From Azolla caroliniana (Eukaryota; Plantae; Polypodiophyta): DNA of 64,000 nucleotides. Below are positions 48,852-62,676 of this stretch, one piece after another; positions within the stretch are counted from its first letter, which is position 1, and each line of letters starts with the position of its first letter. The notes beneath the pieces are model-generated. The model did no database searches. It saw only the letters and a program-made list of their open reading frames with translations, and was not told the origin of the DNA. Made by a program: the position numbers and the translations under genes. The stretch lies in NCBI GenBank assembly GCA_043228905.1, contig JBHGNT010000004.1, positions 7,502,001 through 7,566,000 on the forward strand. Direction: 5' to 3'.

Positions 48852-50417
48852 TGTCGTGTAATTTTTCACACACGATAAGAAAAGTAATGAAATAATTATT
48901 TTAGGTTACCTTAAATGGCTTAGTACGAAAGATGGACGTCTTCAAGAGCTTCCAAACACATTTTATTACATATGAAACAGATAACTAAGTATCAAGCTAT
49001 GTAACTATGAAGTTTCAAAAGATGGGGAAAACAAAACTATGAGATATCCCACATAGTTAGGACAACATCAGATCCAACAATATATAGGCAGAGCCAAAAC
49101 ACATTACTTCATGTCTTTGTGTTTGGAGCATTGAATGACAAACATGATTTGGGTTGAACTATGTTGATGATTTGCTCGGAGTCGATTTTGGGTCGCGGCT
49201 AGATCGGCCACGGCACACGGAAGTGTCCACGGCTCAGCCAGGACGTGTGCGTGCACGGAGGCATCCACGGCTCCGTCAGGGACGTGCGCGTGCACGGAGG
49301 CGTCCACGGCTCCGTCGGGGACGTGCATGCGCACGATGGCATCCACGGCTCCGTCGGGGACGTGCGTGCGCACGGTGGCATCCACGGCTCCATCGGGGAC
49401 ATGCGCACATGGCCAAAACACATTACTTCATATCTTTGTGTTTTGAGCACTAAATGACCAAGGTGATCTGGGCTGAACTGTGTGGATGATTTGCTCAGAG
49501 CCGATTTTGGGTCACGGCTTGATCGGCCACGGTGCACGGCTCGGTCGGGGCGTGTGCGTGCACGGATGTGTCCACAGCTTGGTCGGGACGTGTACGTGCA
49601 CAAAGGCGTCCACGGCTCGGTCGGGGATGTGCCACACGGAAGCGTGCACGGTTCGGTTGGGGACGTGCCACACGGAAGCGTGCACGGTTCGGTTGGGGAC
49701 GTGCCACACGGAAGCATGCACGGTTCGGTGGGCGCGCGCACGGTTCGGTCGGGGACGTGCCACACGAAAGCGTGCACGGTTCGGTGGGCGCGCGACGGCT
49801 CGGTCGGGACGTGTGCGCGCACGAAGGCGTCTACGGCTCGGTTAGGGACAAGCGCACACGGAGGCGTGCATGGCTCAGTCGGAGACGCGCGCACACGTTT
49901 TGGTGGAGGCGTACACGGCTCGGTTGGGGACGCGCTGGCCGAACTTTATGGATGATTGGATCATATGGTGAATATACAAACGTCGCATGCAACTAAAAGT
50001 AGAGGCCATGCAACTAAAAGTGGACGCATCCAACTAAAAGTAGAGGCCATGCAACCAAAAGTGGATGCATGCAACTAAAGTAAAGGTCATGTGTGGACGC
50101 ATGTAACTGAACATCAAGGACCATGATCAACAAATGACTCATTATATATTCTACTCTCTTTTTCCTCTATTTTTTGTTTCTCTTCTCTCGATTCTTTGGG
50201 GAAAACAATCTCTCATTTTCATATCCAATCCGTTGTAACACGATTCTTATATTATAAAGGAATCTATTATTTTGATATAAACAAATGTTTTCTTTCACCT
50301 ATGTGTCTTATGTGTAAATCTTGCTTGTGTTGTATAAGTGAGCTCTAAATCCTTCCAGTCCATAACCCTGGCAGTTCCACCTCACAATCCGCACATAGTG
50401 ACGGTTTTTTCACAACA
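48852..50417 (+). mobile_element. Gypsy solo LTR related to the element A LTRs
   Basis: TGTCGTG...CACAACA; perfect 4-bp TSD CCGG (48848-48851/50418-50421). Confidence 0.93.
49242..49935. repeat. CpG-rich tandem arrays (39-bp and 36-bp units)
   Basis: 39-bp units at 49242, 49281, 49320, 49359 and 49398; 36-bp units at 49623, 49659 and 49695. Confidence 0.9.
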
Positions 50418-50768
50418 CCGGCCAATTCAACTATTATCTATAGCAAGAGGGAATTTGACGTGAATTCTCCTTTAGGTATATGCGGAGCAGAACAACATAG
50501 CTGAAAGGAAGTATCAGCCAATCAAAGAAGTGGAATGGGCAATGCTCGAGGAGAAGAGCATATCCAAGTTCTACTAGGTCGAAGCGGTCAGAACAGCTAT
50601 GTACCTTCAAATTTGGGCATTTGCAATCGGAGGAAAAGTGTGGCCACACGAGTTGTACTTCGGGAAGAAGCCAAACTTGGCACACTTAAGGGTGTTCGGA
50701 AGCATAGCATATGTGTATGTGCCCAAGGAAAAGTAGAGGAAGCTAGACGCCAAAGCCGGGAAGTGTAT

Positions 50769-51124
50769 TGTTGAGCGGGCAAGCTCAACCAGATCCGGAT
50801 CGGCTAAATAAGGCAGAGCCGGATCGGTATCCGGAGTGGAGAACTGGATCAGTGTCTGAATAGACTGGTATCTGGAACCTAGAGCTAGATTAGAGAACCA
50901 GATCGTACACCGGAATAGTGAGAACCGGTAGGCCGTTGGAGCCTACAGTCTGAGCCTAGTACGTAGGCATATTCCTTGGAGTTAGTGTTAGTCGCTCATA
51001 TGAGCATTGAAGTCCTTGTCAATACTTTTGTCAATACTTTTGTCAGTCCTTTTAAGGACTTGTATAAAAAGTGTTCAATAGGACATTTGTACACATTGAG
51101 TATTATTATTTTGAATTGAGTTCT

Positions 51125-51183
<59 letters not shown>

Positions 51184-53397
51184 TACTCAAGCTTTCCATT
51201 AAATCTTCGTTCTGTGTTCTGCTATTAACCAGACTAGTCGATTTTGTCTATGCTTCCTCACAATAGCTTTTACATGATACACAAGGACATTCCAACTTGG
51301 GAACAAGCAGCAAGTAGGGTAATGTATTGCTTCATATCCAGTTTCAGTGATCAACTACTCATCCATATCCGGGACACCAAGTCGCCAAAGGAACCTTGGG
51401 GAAACTTGAAAAAGGTTTTCGCCACAAGCACCACAGCCCAGAAGCTGCAACTCCGACAGGAGTCGTGCAATTTCTGACATTAGGACATGTCGATGGCCAA
51501 CTACACGACCCAAATCAAAGACATATGTGACTCACTTGCCTCCATCAACGTGACCATCGAGGAAGATGAAATGGTGCAGGTCTGTGGCGTTGAAGTTCGG
51601 AGCATTCTAGACTGCGGTATGTGCAACGAAGAATATGCCCTTGTTTTTCGACTTACAGTCAATGCTCCTTGTAGAGGAGAATCATGTTGGTGCGCCAACG
51701 AGCATGTACACCGACAGCAAGATGGTGTACATGGAGGCAGAGAGGCCCCATGGTCGTGGTGGTCGAGGCGGATCGGAGCACAATGCAGGCGGCCGACAAG
51801 AGCAGAATCAGAGGCACAAAGATGGTGCCGACAGCAATTCCAGACCCTCTGAAAACAGGGGAATTCAAAGCGGCGCCGAAAATTGGTAAGGAAAGGCTGA
51901 CACGAAATGTTGGTACTATGGCTAGAAAGGCCATAAAGAAAACGAGTGTTGGAAGAAGAGGGCTGATTCGGAAAAATTCAGATTGAGCCAGAAAGACGTG
52001 GTCAGGCGTCATCGATCACACTTTGCCGGAAGCTCGGAGGGAGCCAGGTCGGGATCGGCCCTCGTAATGAAGCTTAAGGCCAACCGGATGGGAGTATCTG
52101 ACTCAAAATCGGAAGGAGTTTGGTATGTGGAATCCGAAGCTTCAAACCACATGACAAACTACAAAGAGTGGTTCTCTTTTCTCGAGAAGCCTGAGAAGCC
52201 GGAGAAGTCGGGGGTAGTCGAAATTGGGGACGACACCCCACATCCCATCAAGCACATTGGAGATGTCCCTCTAAGCCATGTTGGCCGGAAAGCGCTCATG
52301 AGGAATGTCCTGCATGTCCCGACGATCACCAAGAACTTGGTCTCAATCGGCCAGATTGTAGATCAAGGAATGCATGTCTGATTTACTCATCACGGTTGCT
52401 TCATCAAGGAGGAAGGCCAGATCATCACGCAAGGGCACCGGCATGGAAGAATGTTCATCCTCAACAACAATGATGTATGCACCTCTATGTTTGCGAAAGG
52501 ACAGAAGGTCGAGTCAGACATCGACCACTAGCCTAAGTGGATTGGCCACATCAACTTCCAGAAGCTTCAGGAGATGTAATCGAAACACATGGTTTCCGGA
52601 CTGCCGAAGTTTAGTGGACAGGAAGCCAAATATGTGAAGCTTGCCAACTCAGGAAGCAGCATAGGCTTCCATTCCCCAATGACAAGAATCGGAGCCGAAA
52701 TCGGCTCGGTCTCATCATTCGGATGTGTGGGGACCGGCTCAAAATGTGAGCATCGGCGGGGGTCGATATTTCATCTCCTTCATCGACGATTTCAGCAGGC
52801 ACACCTAGATATACTTAATCAAGAAGAAGAGTGAAGTCTTCTCATGCTTCCGAGACTTGAAGATTCATGTAGAACGAGAAACCAGAAGGAAGATCAAGTG
52901 TCTGAGATCGCATGGCGGAAAAGAGTACTTTTTCGGCCAGTTCACGAATTATCTACAAACGAAGGGAATACGATGAGAGTTCTCCTATAGATACACGTCG
53001 GAGCAGAACGGCATGGCCGAATGTCGGAATCAGACGCTGGTAGAAGCGACAAGGGCGATGCTAGAAGAGAAATGCATGGCCCAAATTTATTGGGGCGAAG
53101 CAATTATGATTGCTATCTACATACAAAATCGGACATCTGCCTCAAGGACAAATGTGTCGCCACACGAGTTGTATTTCGAGCGGAAGCCAAATTTGGTGCA
53201 CTTTCGGGTATTCGGCAACATTACCTATGTGCATGTGCCAAATGAGAAGCGGAAGAAACTCGATGCAAAATCCTGGTGCATCCTAGTGGGCTACTCAAAC
53301 GAACAGAAGGAGTACAAGTGCTACAACCCCCGTTCGAAGCAAGTCCGAGTTAGCCGTGATGTCGTCTTCGACGAATCCGCATCTTGGTAATTCCCAT
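50769..53397 (+). mobile_element. Copia element: LTR 50769-51274, decayed gag/protease/integrase
   Basis: TGTTGAGC...TTACA; WYVESEASNHM; VSRDVVFDESASW. Confidence 0.87.
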
Positions 53398-53949
53398 TGT
53401 CAGGGATAGTACTAGAGGCAAGGAGAATAAGTACTAAAGATAGAGTAGCAGAATGAGGATTAGTACTAAGAAGGGAAATAGTGTGTGAGAATCACGAGAG
53501 AGGAGAGGGAGAGAGAGAGAGAGAGAGAGAGTGTGTGTGTGTGTGTGTGTAGAGAAAGATAATGATGACAACAAGAAGTATATTATATTATATGAAGAAA
53601 GATACAAGAACAACTAGGAGGCTTAAGACTAGCGTTGAATTGAATTGGTTCTCAATAATGCCATGTGCCTCTTTTTACAGTGTGCTTAGGAGTACTCTTG
53701 ACATTTCTAGAATGTTATAGAGAAATCTAGAATATACATGGATTTCCTAAGTGAAATAATAAATGAAAACAATATTCTTTATATTACAATGTATAACTTA
53801 ATGGTAGGGCTTCAACCCATGTGACACAAGGTCATGGGTTCAAATTTTGAAGCCATACCATGTTATATCATGCCACTACCCCCTCCTTAAGATGACGAGT
53901 GTTACAAGTCATCTTAGATTGAGGACCTGGTTTGTCGCGATATTGTCGA

Positions 53950-54075
53950 TGGAGGCCCTCAATAAGAGCTCAAGCATTTGCTACATTTTCAATTGGTTCC
54001 CAAGTACGCTCGCTTGGACTATAGCCTAGCCAATCGACCAAATAGTAGAGCTTGTTGCGAACAATCTTGGAATTG
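53950..54075 (-). pseudogene. Integrase chromodomain
   Basis: Minus strand RNKLYYLVDWLGYSPSERTWEPIENVANA. Confidence 0.88.
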
Positions 54076-55238
54076 AGGATGGCATCAACTTCGTACTCTG
54101 GTCCTGCTTCAAGCTCGATCGGGGGTGAAGGTGGTGTAATATGATTCGGATTAGTGTTGTCTTGATAGGGTTCAAGAAGAGAACTATGAAAAACCAGATG
54201 TATCCGTAGTTGCGGAGGTAGATCAAGAAGAAAAATGACATCATTAATTTTTCCGATAATACGGAAAGGACCTAATCATCCATAATCCAATTTATCGCAT
54301 GGTTGAGTAGTCTTGATGTGTTGTCGTAATAGCCATACCCGATTTCTAATGTTAAAACAGGATGGATGACAATGACGATCTGCATAATCCTGTTGTGTTT
54401 GTTGAGCTTGATGTAAACGACTAGATAGGTCTGCATGTATCTTGCGCCACTCCAAATGATCCTCTGCACAAGGATTTGTGGGTAATTGCGGAGTTTTGAA
54501 TACACACCACTGAGGATAATAGCTTGTATAAGCATAAAATGGTGTAACCCTAGTTGATGAATGGATAGAGTTATTATAAGCAAATTCGGCAAAGTGGAGA
54601 ATATCCATCCAATCATCTTGTTGATAGCATAGAAAACACTGAAGATATTGTTCCAACGTTTGATTTGTTCGTTCTACTTGTCCATCTATTTGAGGGTGAT
54701 AGCCGGAGGAGAGGTTTCAAGTGACTTTGAGCATTTTGAAGATATGCTTCCAGAATTTTTAGACGAATTGAGGTCCACGGTCGCTAATTATACTATATGG
54801 GAGGTCATGATGCCAAAATACCTCACGCATGACAATTTCGACGGTTTCTTCACTAGTGATTTCCGTAGTACAAGGCAGAAAATGTGTCATCTTCGTATAT
54901 CAATCTACTATTGTTAAGGTCGCATCGAATCCCTTTGAAACTGAAAGATCTATGATAAAATCTAGAGAAATGGACTACCACATCTTGCTTGGAATTGGTA
55001 ATGGTTCCAATAAACCATATGGTTGATGTATTGGCATCTTTTCTCTGCAACATGTATCACATGTCCAAACATAGTCTTCGATAAATCGTCACATATGAGG
55101 CCACCAAAATTATCGTTATACTAAATCCAACGTTTTAGTACTACCAAAATGTCTAGCTATATATGTGTCATGACAATTTTGGACCACTTGAAGGCGACCA
55201 GAACCATTGGGAACATACGAGAGTTTCTTAAAGAATAG

Positions 55239-55879
55239 TGTGAAAGTGTTTTTAGAATTCAAGGTTTTGAAGTCTACAAGAATATAAGGTATGGTGCGTT
55301 CACATCTAGAGGGCAAGATCACGAGCTAAGGTCTTAAGGATAAGTCAAACTAAAAGCAAGAAAGATGGAGAAAAGTAAAAGAAGAAAAAAGCAAGCCACC
55401 AAAACACAGTCTGAAACGAACCCTCATAACTCATTCGTTTGGAAGCCAAATATAATGTGCAAATATGGGTTGGAAAGCTTGTGAAGAGAGCTATCCATAG
55501 CTTTTTAAATATCTAAATTTAGATCTTGGAAGAGGGAGATATGATGATTTGAAGATCGTTGTGTCATAGATAAGAATAGGACTCGATGAAAACTCTAAAA
55601 AAAAGCATAAAAAAGAAAGCAAGGGAAGCTTATCTAGGGGAAGAGAACTTTATATAAAGGAAGAAGAGTAATGTGGTAGGAGAGTCTCTTTCTTGTGATG
55701 TTTTCTTGCCTATTCACGTAGTGTTGGTTGAGTTGTTATCAATTTATCCTTGTAGACTTGGATTTATGTATCTTCTTTGTCTCTTCCTTCCATCATAATT
55801 ATTCATTAGCAATAGATCTTTGTGGTTTTGGGTCTTTTTATCTTCCTTATCTCTCCTTTCTATCATCTCTACCTCATCA
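55239..55879. mobile_element. Solo LTR, unassigned family
   Basis: TG...CA termini; perfect 5-bp TSD AATAG; absent from the paralogous chromovirus at about 18920. Confidence 0.88.
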
Positions 55880-58800
55880 AATAGTAATCCATCATGACAT
55901 TCGAATTGTTGATAGTCCGTACCTGGTTGTTGTGATTGTGAACAGGATGCCCGGGAGGGATCAATTTGCACTAGAATGGCTTGAGGGAAAGTGTTTGTCT
56001 TCAAGTATTCATGTATGGTATCGATAATGCAGGAATCCAATGGAGTGCTAAAAACCCACGTTGCTTGCAGTCGTGTTGGTACCAAGATTACTTGCTTTTG
56101 ATTATCGAACGTTGGATCACCAGGATGAGGTGCTAGATACGAGAGTTGTGATGATGCATCTACCTTCCCTTGCTGCTTCCTAGGAAGGTATGTAATTTTG
56201 AAGTCAAAACGAGTGAGGCATTGGGCTCACCGAGCTTGTCGTCGATTTAATACACGAGCATTCTAGAAGTAGGCAAGATTTTTGTGATCACTGAATACGA
56301 TGACTTGATAAGAAGATCCCTCTAAAAAGTGCCTCCATTGTGCAAAAGAGTCCATTATTGCTAGTAGCTCCTTGTCATGTATCTCGTAGTTGATTTCGGC
56401 GGCATCAAACTTGCACGAGGGGAAAGCCACAAGATGTAGTTTTTCATCATCGCCTTGTTGTGACAAAATGCTATCAAGGGCGAAATCCAACGTGTCTCCC
56501 TCAATGATGAACAGTTTTTTCGGATCAACCTGAGCTAGAATAGGAGCTGATGTAAATGCTTTTTTAAGACTCACAAAAGCCGTGTCCGCTTCCTTAGACC
56601 AAACAAACGACTGCCCCTTCTTAGTAAGTTGTGTGAGAGGCAAAATAAGCTTTGACTAGTCTTGTATAAAGTTGCTGTCGAAATTTGTGAGGCCTAACAA
56701 ACATTGCACTTCTTACAACGAACGTGGAGTCTGCCACTCTACCACAGTTTTGACCTTAGCTGGATCCATAGAGATGCCTTCCAAGGAGATAACATAGCTT
56801 AGAAATTCCACCTAGTTGCACCCAAAACTACATTTTTCCAGTTTTGCATAAAAACCATGTTCTCAAAGTCGTTTTAGTACTAATAGTACATTAGAATCAT
56901 GCTCTTCTTGAGTCTTAGAATAAACTAGGAGATCATCCAAATAGATGAACAAACCAATATCTAAGAGATCTCGGAATATATCATTTGCCATGTGTTGGAA
57001 GGCTGATGGCACATTCGTGAGACTGAATGGCATAACCGTATACTCGAAGTGCCCATAATGGGTGTGAAAAGCAGTCTTCCATTCATCTTCCGGTCGTATC
57101 CGTACGAGGTTATTTTCTCCTCATAAGTCGAACTTTGTGAAGAACTTTGCACCATTAATCCGTTCTAAAAGACTCGAGATAAGGGGAAGTGCATACCTAT
57201 TCCTGATGGTGACCTTATTCTAGCCACGCTAATCCACGACGAGACGAAGTGATCCATCCTTTTTCTTGACAAAGAAAATGGGTGCGTCAACTGGAGATTT
57301 TGAATGTCAAATGAACTCGTTTGCCAAATTCTCCTCTATGTAGGCTCGAAGGTCTTCTAGCTCGGTTGGTGACAAGTTGTAGATCGGTCCCCATGGTGTC
57401 TCTTCTCTTGCTTGTAAATCAATTGGACAATCATATAGTCGATGGTGAGGAAGAGTAAGTTGGCTTGTACCTTATCAAACACGTTGGCATAATGACGATA
57501 CTTCTTTGGAAGTTGAACTATGGATTCCTCTTCAGTGGTGTTGGAAGGTTTTACTGATACTACGAATACAAACATTGATTCCTTGTGACTTTCCTCATGC
57601 AATTGATGTAGCAAAATGGTTGAAATTCGATGAGTAGATCCTCGAGTTTGTCGATGCCGGATTTCTCTTGTTCTCCTATCTATGTCTTGGTTATGAAATT
57701 CAAACCATGGTAACCCCAAGACAATTGGATGCTCTGGACTACTAATTATATTAAATGATACTACACACACCAAATTATCTAGGACAACCTGAATCGGCTC
57801 TGACTCTTCTACGATATTTCCGGAAGCAATGGGGCGACCATCAATAACTACTACAGATGTTGGGCAAGGAAGCTTTCTTAGGGATATCTGATGAGCTTGG
57901 GCAAAATTCCTATCCATGAAGGAAGAATTGGCTCCAGAATCTAAGAGTGCGAAGACATGTATTGGAGGGGTACTTTTGGTACGAACTATTACTTGAGCTA
58001 AGAACACATTGCTAACTTGCTTAAAGGGAATGGAACCACTAACGGGTTGCACAAATCTAGGGTTGTCCAACCAAACGGCTCCTATTTTGGTTGGACTTAG
58101 TCGTTTAATTCTTCTTCTAACTCACTAAGGACTTTGAATTTGTTCGATAGACTTGGGCTATTAGTACTATTAGGACTATTGGACACTCCTACTGAAATAG
58201 TCTCGGGTTTAGTACAAGTTACTATTTGATTTACTTGTCTTCTTGGCCTATGTGGACATTTTACTACAATAAGCCTTAGTCCTCCGCAGTAAAGACATAA
58301 TCGATTTGCTCAGCCTCATTGCTTTTCTTCTTCTGACAATGGTCCATGACGACGTGTACTGTCAATTTCCATCGGTGTTTGAGTATTTGACAAAGATGCA
58401 TTATATGACTCCCTTGCAAATGGTTTTGCTACGATAGAGGCATCTATGGGCTCCGACCTAGTCCTTGAAACTTCCGGAAGGCCAAAGGGGGAACCGACAT
58501 TCTGGAACCGAAGAAGATTTCGGAAAGAAGAGGAATGTCGGCAATCGTGACAAGTGAGAAAGAGCTATTGTTGATCATCGAGGAGAGTGAGCTACATCTT
58601 GTCATCGACGAGACGATATGGGTGGTCGACTCTGGAGCGTCGTTCCATCTAAGCCCCGACCGGAAGTGCTTCTCATCGTACAGAACTAGAGATCACAATT
58701 CTGTCTGGATGGGAAATGAAGGTGCATGCCAAATTGTCAACATAGGAGATGTGTGGTTGACAACGTCAACCGGGTGCAAGTTGTTGTTGAAGGACGTACA

Positions 58801-59752
58801 ACACTTTCCAGAGATTCGGTTGAACTTGATATCAGTCGATCGGCTAGATGATGAAGGTTACATGGGTATCATATGGAATAGAGTCATGAAGTTCTACAAA
58901 GGAACCTTGATCATGGCCCGATCCCAGAAGATCAACACGTTGTACCTGATGCATCCCGGATATGCCGGGAAGAAGTGAACGTGGCATCCGACAATGCCAG
59001 TGAGTTGTAGCACAAGAGGTTGTGCCACATGAGGTAGAAAAGAATGTGGAACTTGCCGAGGACAACCTCATTCGAGAGGTGAAAGATGTGCATTTTGAGA
59101 AGTGCACCGATTGCTTGGAAACCGAACCTCGTTCCGGTCAAGACCAACGGATGAGAATACCGGGGGCAGTTCGAGCAGTACTATTGGTCGAAGGTTATCC
59201 TATTCAAATTCACTGTGTCGAAGACACCGGAACTGAACGGGTTGACCGGGAATGAACCGTACAATAATGGAGAGAGTCTAGAGCATTCTAGCACATGCAA
59301 AGTTACCCAAGAAGTTTTGGGTTGAGGCATTGATGACAACGACCTATGTGATAAACAAATCACCCTCAGCACCCTTGGAGGGAGACACACCACAAAGAGT
59401 ACGAATCGGTAAAGACATGTCTTACTGGCATCTGAAGGTGTTCGGTCGTCTCTCATACATGCATGTTGCAAAGGACAAGAGAGAGAAATTGGATCCGAAG
59501 TCCCGGCCATGCATATTCCTTGGATACGACGATGATGAGTGTGGGACTTGGTCGACAAGGTGTTCTGGAGTCGAGACATTGTCTTCATCGAAGACAAGAC
59601 TATTGCCGACGGAGAGTCAAAGAAGAAGATAGTGGACTCCGGGTCAACCAACAAAGATTGGTCGGAAGACACAAGGACCCATCCGGCCGGAAGTTGGATG
59701 ACACTCGAAGAACCGGCCGGATTCGAACAAGAAACCGAATCAACCGAAGAGG

Positions 59753-59992
59753 TGATAGGAATACGCTTCTCTTAGCTATGCTCAGCCACAACCGAGACGT
59801 CGGATCAATCACAGAAAAAACAGGGATGTGGAGAGATGTATCTAAGCACGAAACAGTAAAGAAGAATGCACAGTATATTAACATGGAAAACCCAATTCTG
59901 GGAAAAACCACGGCAGCCCTCAGACTGCAAAATATCACTATATCAAGATTACAACAGTGGGGGGCACAGAGGCAATGACCTCTTGCTCTCTT

Positions 59993-60042
<50 letters not shown>

Positions 60043-60338
60043 CACAGTTACGCACAAAATTATCGCAACAACGATAATCACACAACCAACTACAACAACA
60101 TACTATTAAGTTTTCCCTAGGTCATATTTATACTAATATGACTTTCGGGCTATTTACAAATATAGCCCCAGTGGGCTCTCTGGAACATATTTACATATAT
60201 GTCCCTTCCATCCGATGAGAGGTTCTCACCGGGCCTGCAACATCCGGTTCTCACCGGGTCTTCCTTGCCGGGTACTCGTTATCCAATTCTCACCAGGTCT
60301 TCCGTTGTCGGGTACTCCACATCCGGATTTGGCCTCGG
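59753..60338 (-). repeat. Truncated Copia LTR in antisense orientation
   Basis: Reverse-complement similarity to LTRs 62890-63393 and 47809-48268; right end fused into RT. Confidence 0.7.
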
Positions 60339-61502
60339 CATCGTGGTGAAGGGGTTTCAACAAAAGAAAGGAGTGGATTTCAATGAGATCTTTGCCCCGG
60401 TAGTCAAGATGACATCCATCCGGACTGTGTTGAGCATTGCAGCAAGCATGGACCTCAAGGTCGAGCAACTAGACGTCAAGACGGCATTCCTACACGATGA
60501 CCTCGAAGAAGAGATCTACATGCAACAACCAAAGGGATTTGTCAAGAAAGAGAAGGAGCACCTGGTATGCCGGTTGAAGAAGAGCTTATACAGAATGAAG
60601 CAAGCTCCCCGACAATGGTACCGGAAGTTCGACTCCTTCATGACCGACCAAGGATAGCACAAGACACAAGCTAACCACTGTGTATTTGTGAAGAATTTTG
60701 ACAGAGGAGACTTCCTGATACTCCTGTTGTATGTGGATGACATGATGATCTTCAGACCGAACCGAATAAAAATCAGGAATCTGAAGAAGGCCTTGAACTA
60801 GACCTTCTCAATGAAAGATTTGGGTCCGGCGAGACAGATATTGGGGATGCACATATCCGGGACCGGACGAAGAAGCTATTATGGTTGTCATAGGAGAAGT
60901 ACGTGACAAAGACAATGGTTCAGCATGACGGATGCGAAACCGGTCTGGTCGACACTTCCGACAAACTACAAGTTGTCCAGGAAGCAGAGCCCGAAGACAA
61001 AGGCAGAGAAGTCGAAGATGATGAAGATACCATACATCTCTGTCTTCGGAAGCTTGATGTACGCAATGGTGTGCACTCAGCTAGATATTGGATATGTTGT
61101 CAGAGTGGTCAACCACTTCGTGAGCAATCTGGGAAGAGATCACTAGACCGTGGTCAAGTGGATACTCCGGTACCTGAAAGGCACCTCGAGTATGTGCCTT
61201 CGATTTGGGTCAAGAAAACCCCAACTTGAAGGATTCACAGATTCGGACATGCCAACTAATGTAGATACCAGTCGGTCCACATCCAGATATGTCATGACAT
61301 ATGCAGCGGGAGCCGTATCATGGCAGACGAGGCTGCAGAAGTTCGTTGCACTATCAACAATGGAAGCGGAGTACATGGTGGTTGTAGACGCCGGCAAAGA
61401 GGTAATCTTGATGAGGGACTTCATCGGAGAGCTAGGGATCCTGCAGGAGGAATTCTGGTTCCACTGCAACATTCAAAATGTCATCCACCTCATGAAAAAC
61501 GT

Positions 61503-62676
61503 TATCGGGAAGATTTTCGGCAACGGTGTGAAAATCATGTGGAAAGGAGAAAACCAAGAGGGGTTCACTTTCGCACTTCTCTCACTGTTTTCTTCTCAAC
61601 GATTTATCCCACATATACATGCCGCTAATATGACTCTTTCTCTATATATATACTAACTTATCTCACATATATATATGACTATGTATATATATGTATGTGC
61701 GTATTCATTTGAACTTAAATTCAGCCGACTTTCATTCGACCGAATCCAATTTCGGTTTTTTTTCGATTTCAGCCAACCGACTCTTGTTTTGGCTTTTTGG
61801 TCGATTTCGGCCGACTGACTCTTGTTTCGGTTTCCTGACCGATTTTGGCCAACTGACTCTCGTTTCGGCTTTCCGACCGACTCCCCCACAAGGAGGGACA
61901 ATCTTACATAACACAATTGACTTACCACCGAGCCAAGTCATTTCTTTGAAAGTTGTACTTTCCATTATATTTTTCACATGTAAATTCTCATACATGAGAA
62001 CTTCAATGAGTGACATGGACATCATGCATCACATGTAATGCATGAGCGCCAAGTGGCAAACATGCATCGCATGCATTACATGAATTGTATGCATGTCTTG
62101 CACCCTAACATGCATCATATGCATGGGGGCATCAATATAAGGGGGGGGGGAAGAAAAGAGAGGGGGGTCAATCAATCTATGTATGGAATCAAGCTATGTA
62201 TTGAATCAAGATCTTAATAATAATAAAACCTAGTTATCTTATTGGTGACATGTCTTATTTCTTAACATTGAAGTCAAGGGTTTAAACCCCGAATTGGAAT
62301 TTTCGTCTCTCTCTCTCAAACATAGCCACATTAGTGCATTACTTCGGCTACTACAATTTCATTTCGTGTGGTCATTCACTCTATCTTTGGAATTCTCGTC
62401 AAGAAGGAAATAGCACTGGCAAAGATTGTTTCGCCATCGTCGTCGCCCGCTAAAACGTTGCGCACCACCACATTACCACCGCCTATGCATCAACCCACCG
62501 CACCGCTAATTCTAGTTCGTGTGCGTCTTCGACAACAAAGAACAACCCGACAATAAACCTAAAATGGCCAATTCATCTCCTCCATAACCACTAGCGGATA
62601 GAGACCCGGTGCTTGTCCACGCATGTGTGACACGCACATCGCGACGTTTGGCCTGTGTGTCACGCGCCACGCGACA
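61503..62676. mobile_element. Solo LTR with 4-bp TSD
   Basis: TATCG (decayed TGTCG)...CGACA; TSD ACGT (61499-61502/62677-62680); RNase H KNV|VYHSRTKHI rejoins across it. Confidence 0.85.

Larger units (their letters stand above)
48399..50768 (+). pseudogene. Copia A integrase, continuation of 4228, split by a solo LTR
   Basis: TAMFTKGQKVE..LW.KR.SH, SDVWG and RSDG.KEYFSG|QF rejoin across both insertions. Confidence 0.85.
53398..58467 (-). mobile_element. Tcn1-like chromovirus copy 2; 3' LTR 53398-53875, PPT 53876-53888, 5' end deleted
   Basis: LTR homologous to 22293-22759; protease, RT, RNase H and integrase remnants. Confidence 0.9.

Noticed and set aside
49242-49935. Regular 36-39 bp repeats resembling a CRISPR array
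   Set aside because: Units are head-to-tail without unique spacers, there are no cas genes, and the context is a eukaryotic LTR.
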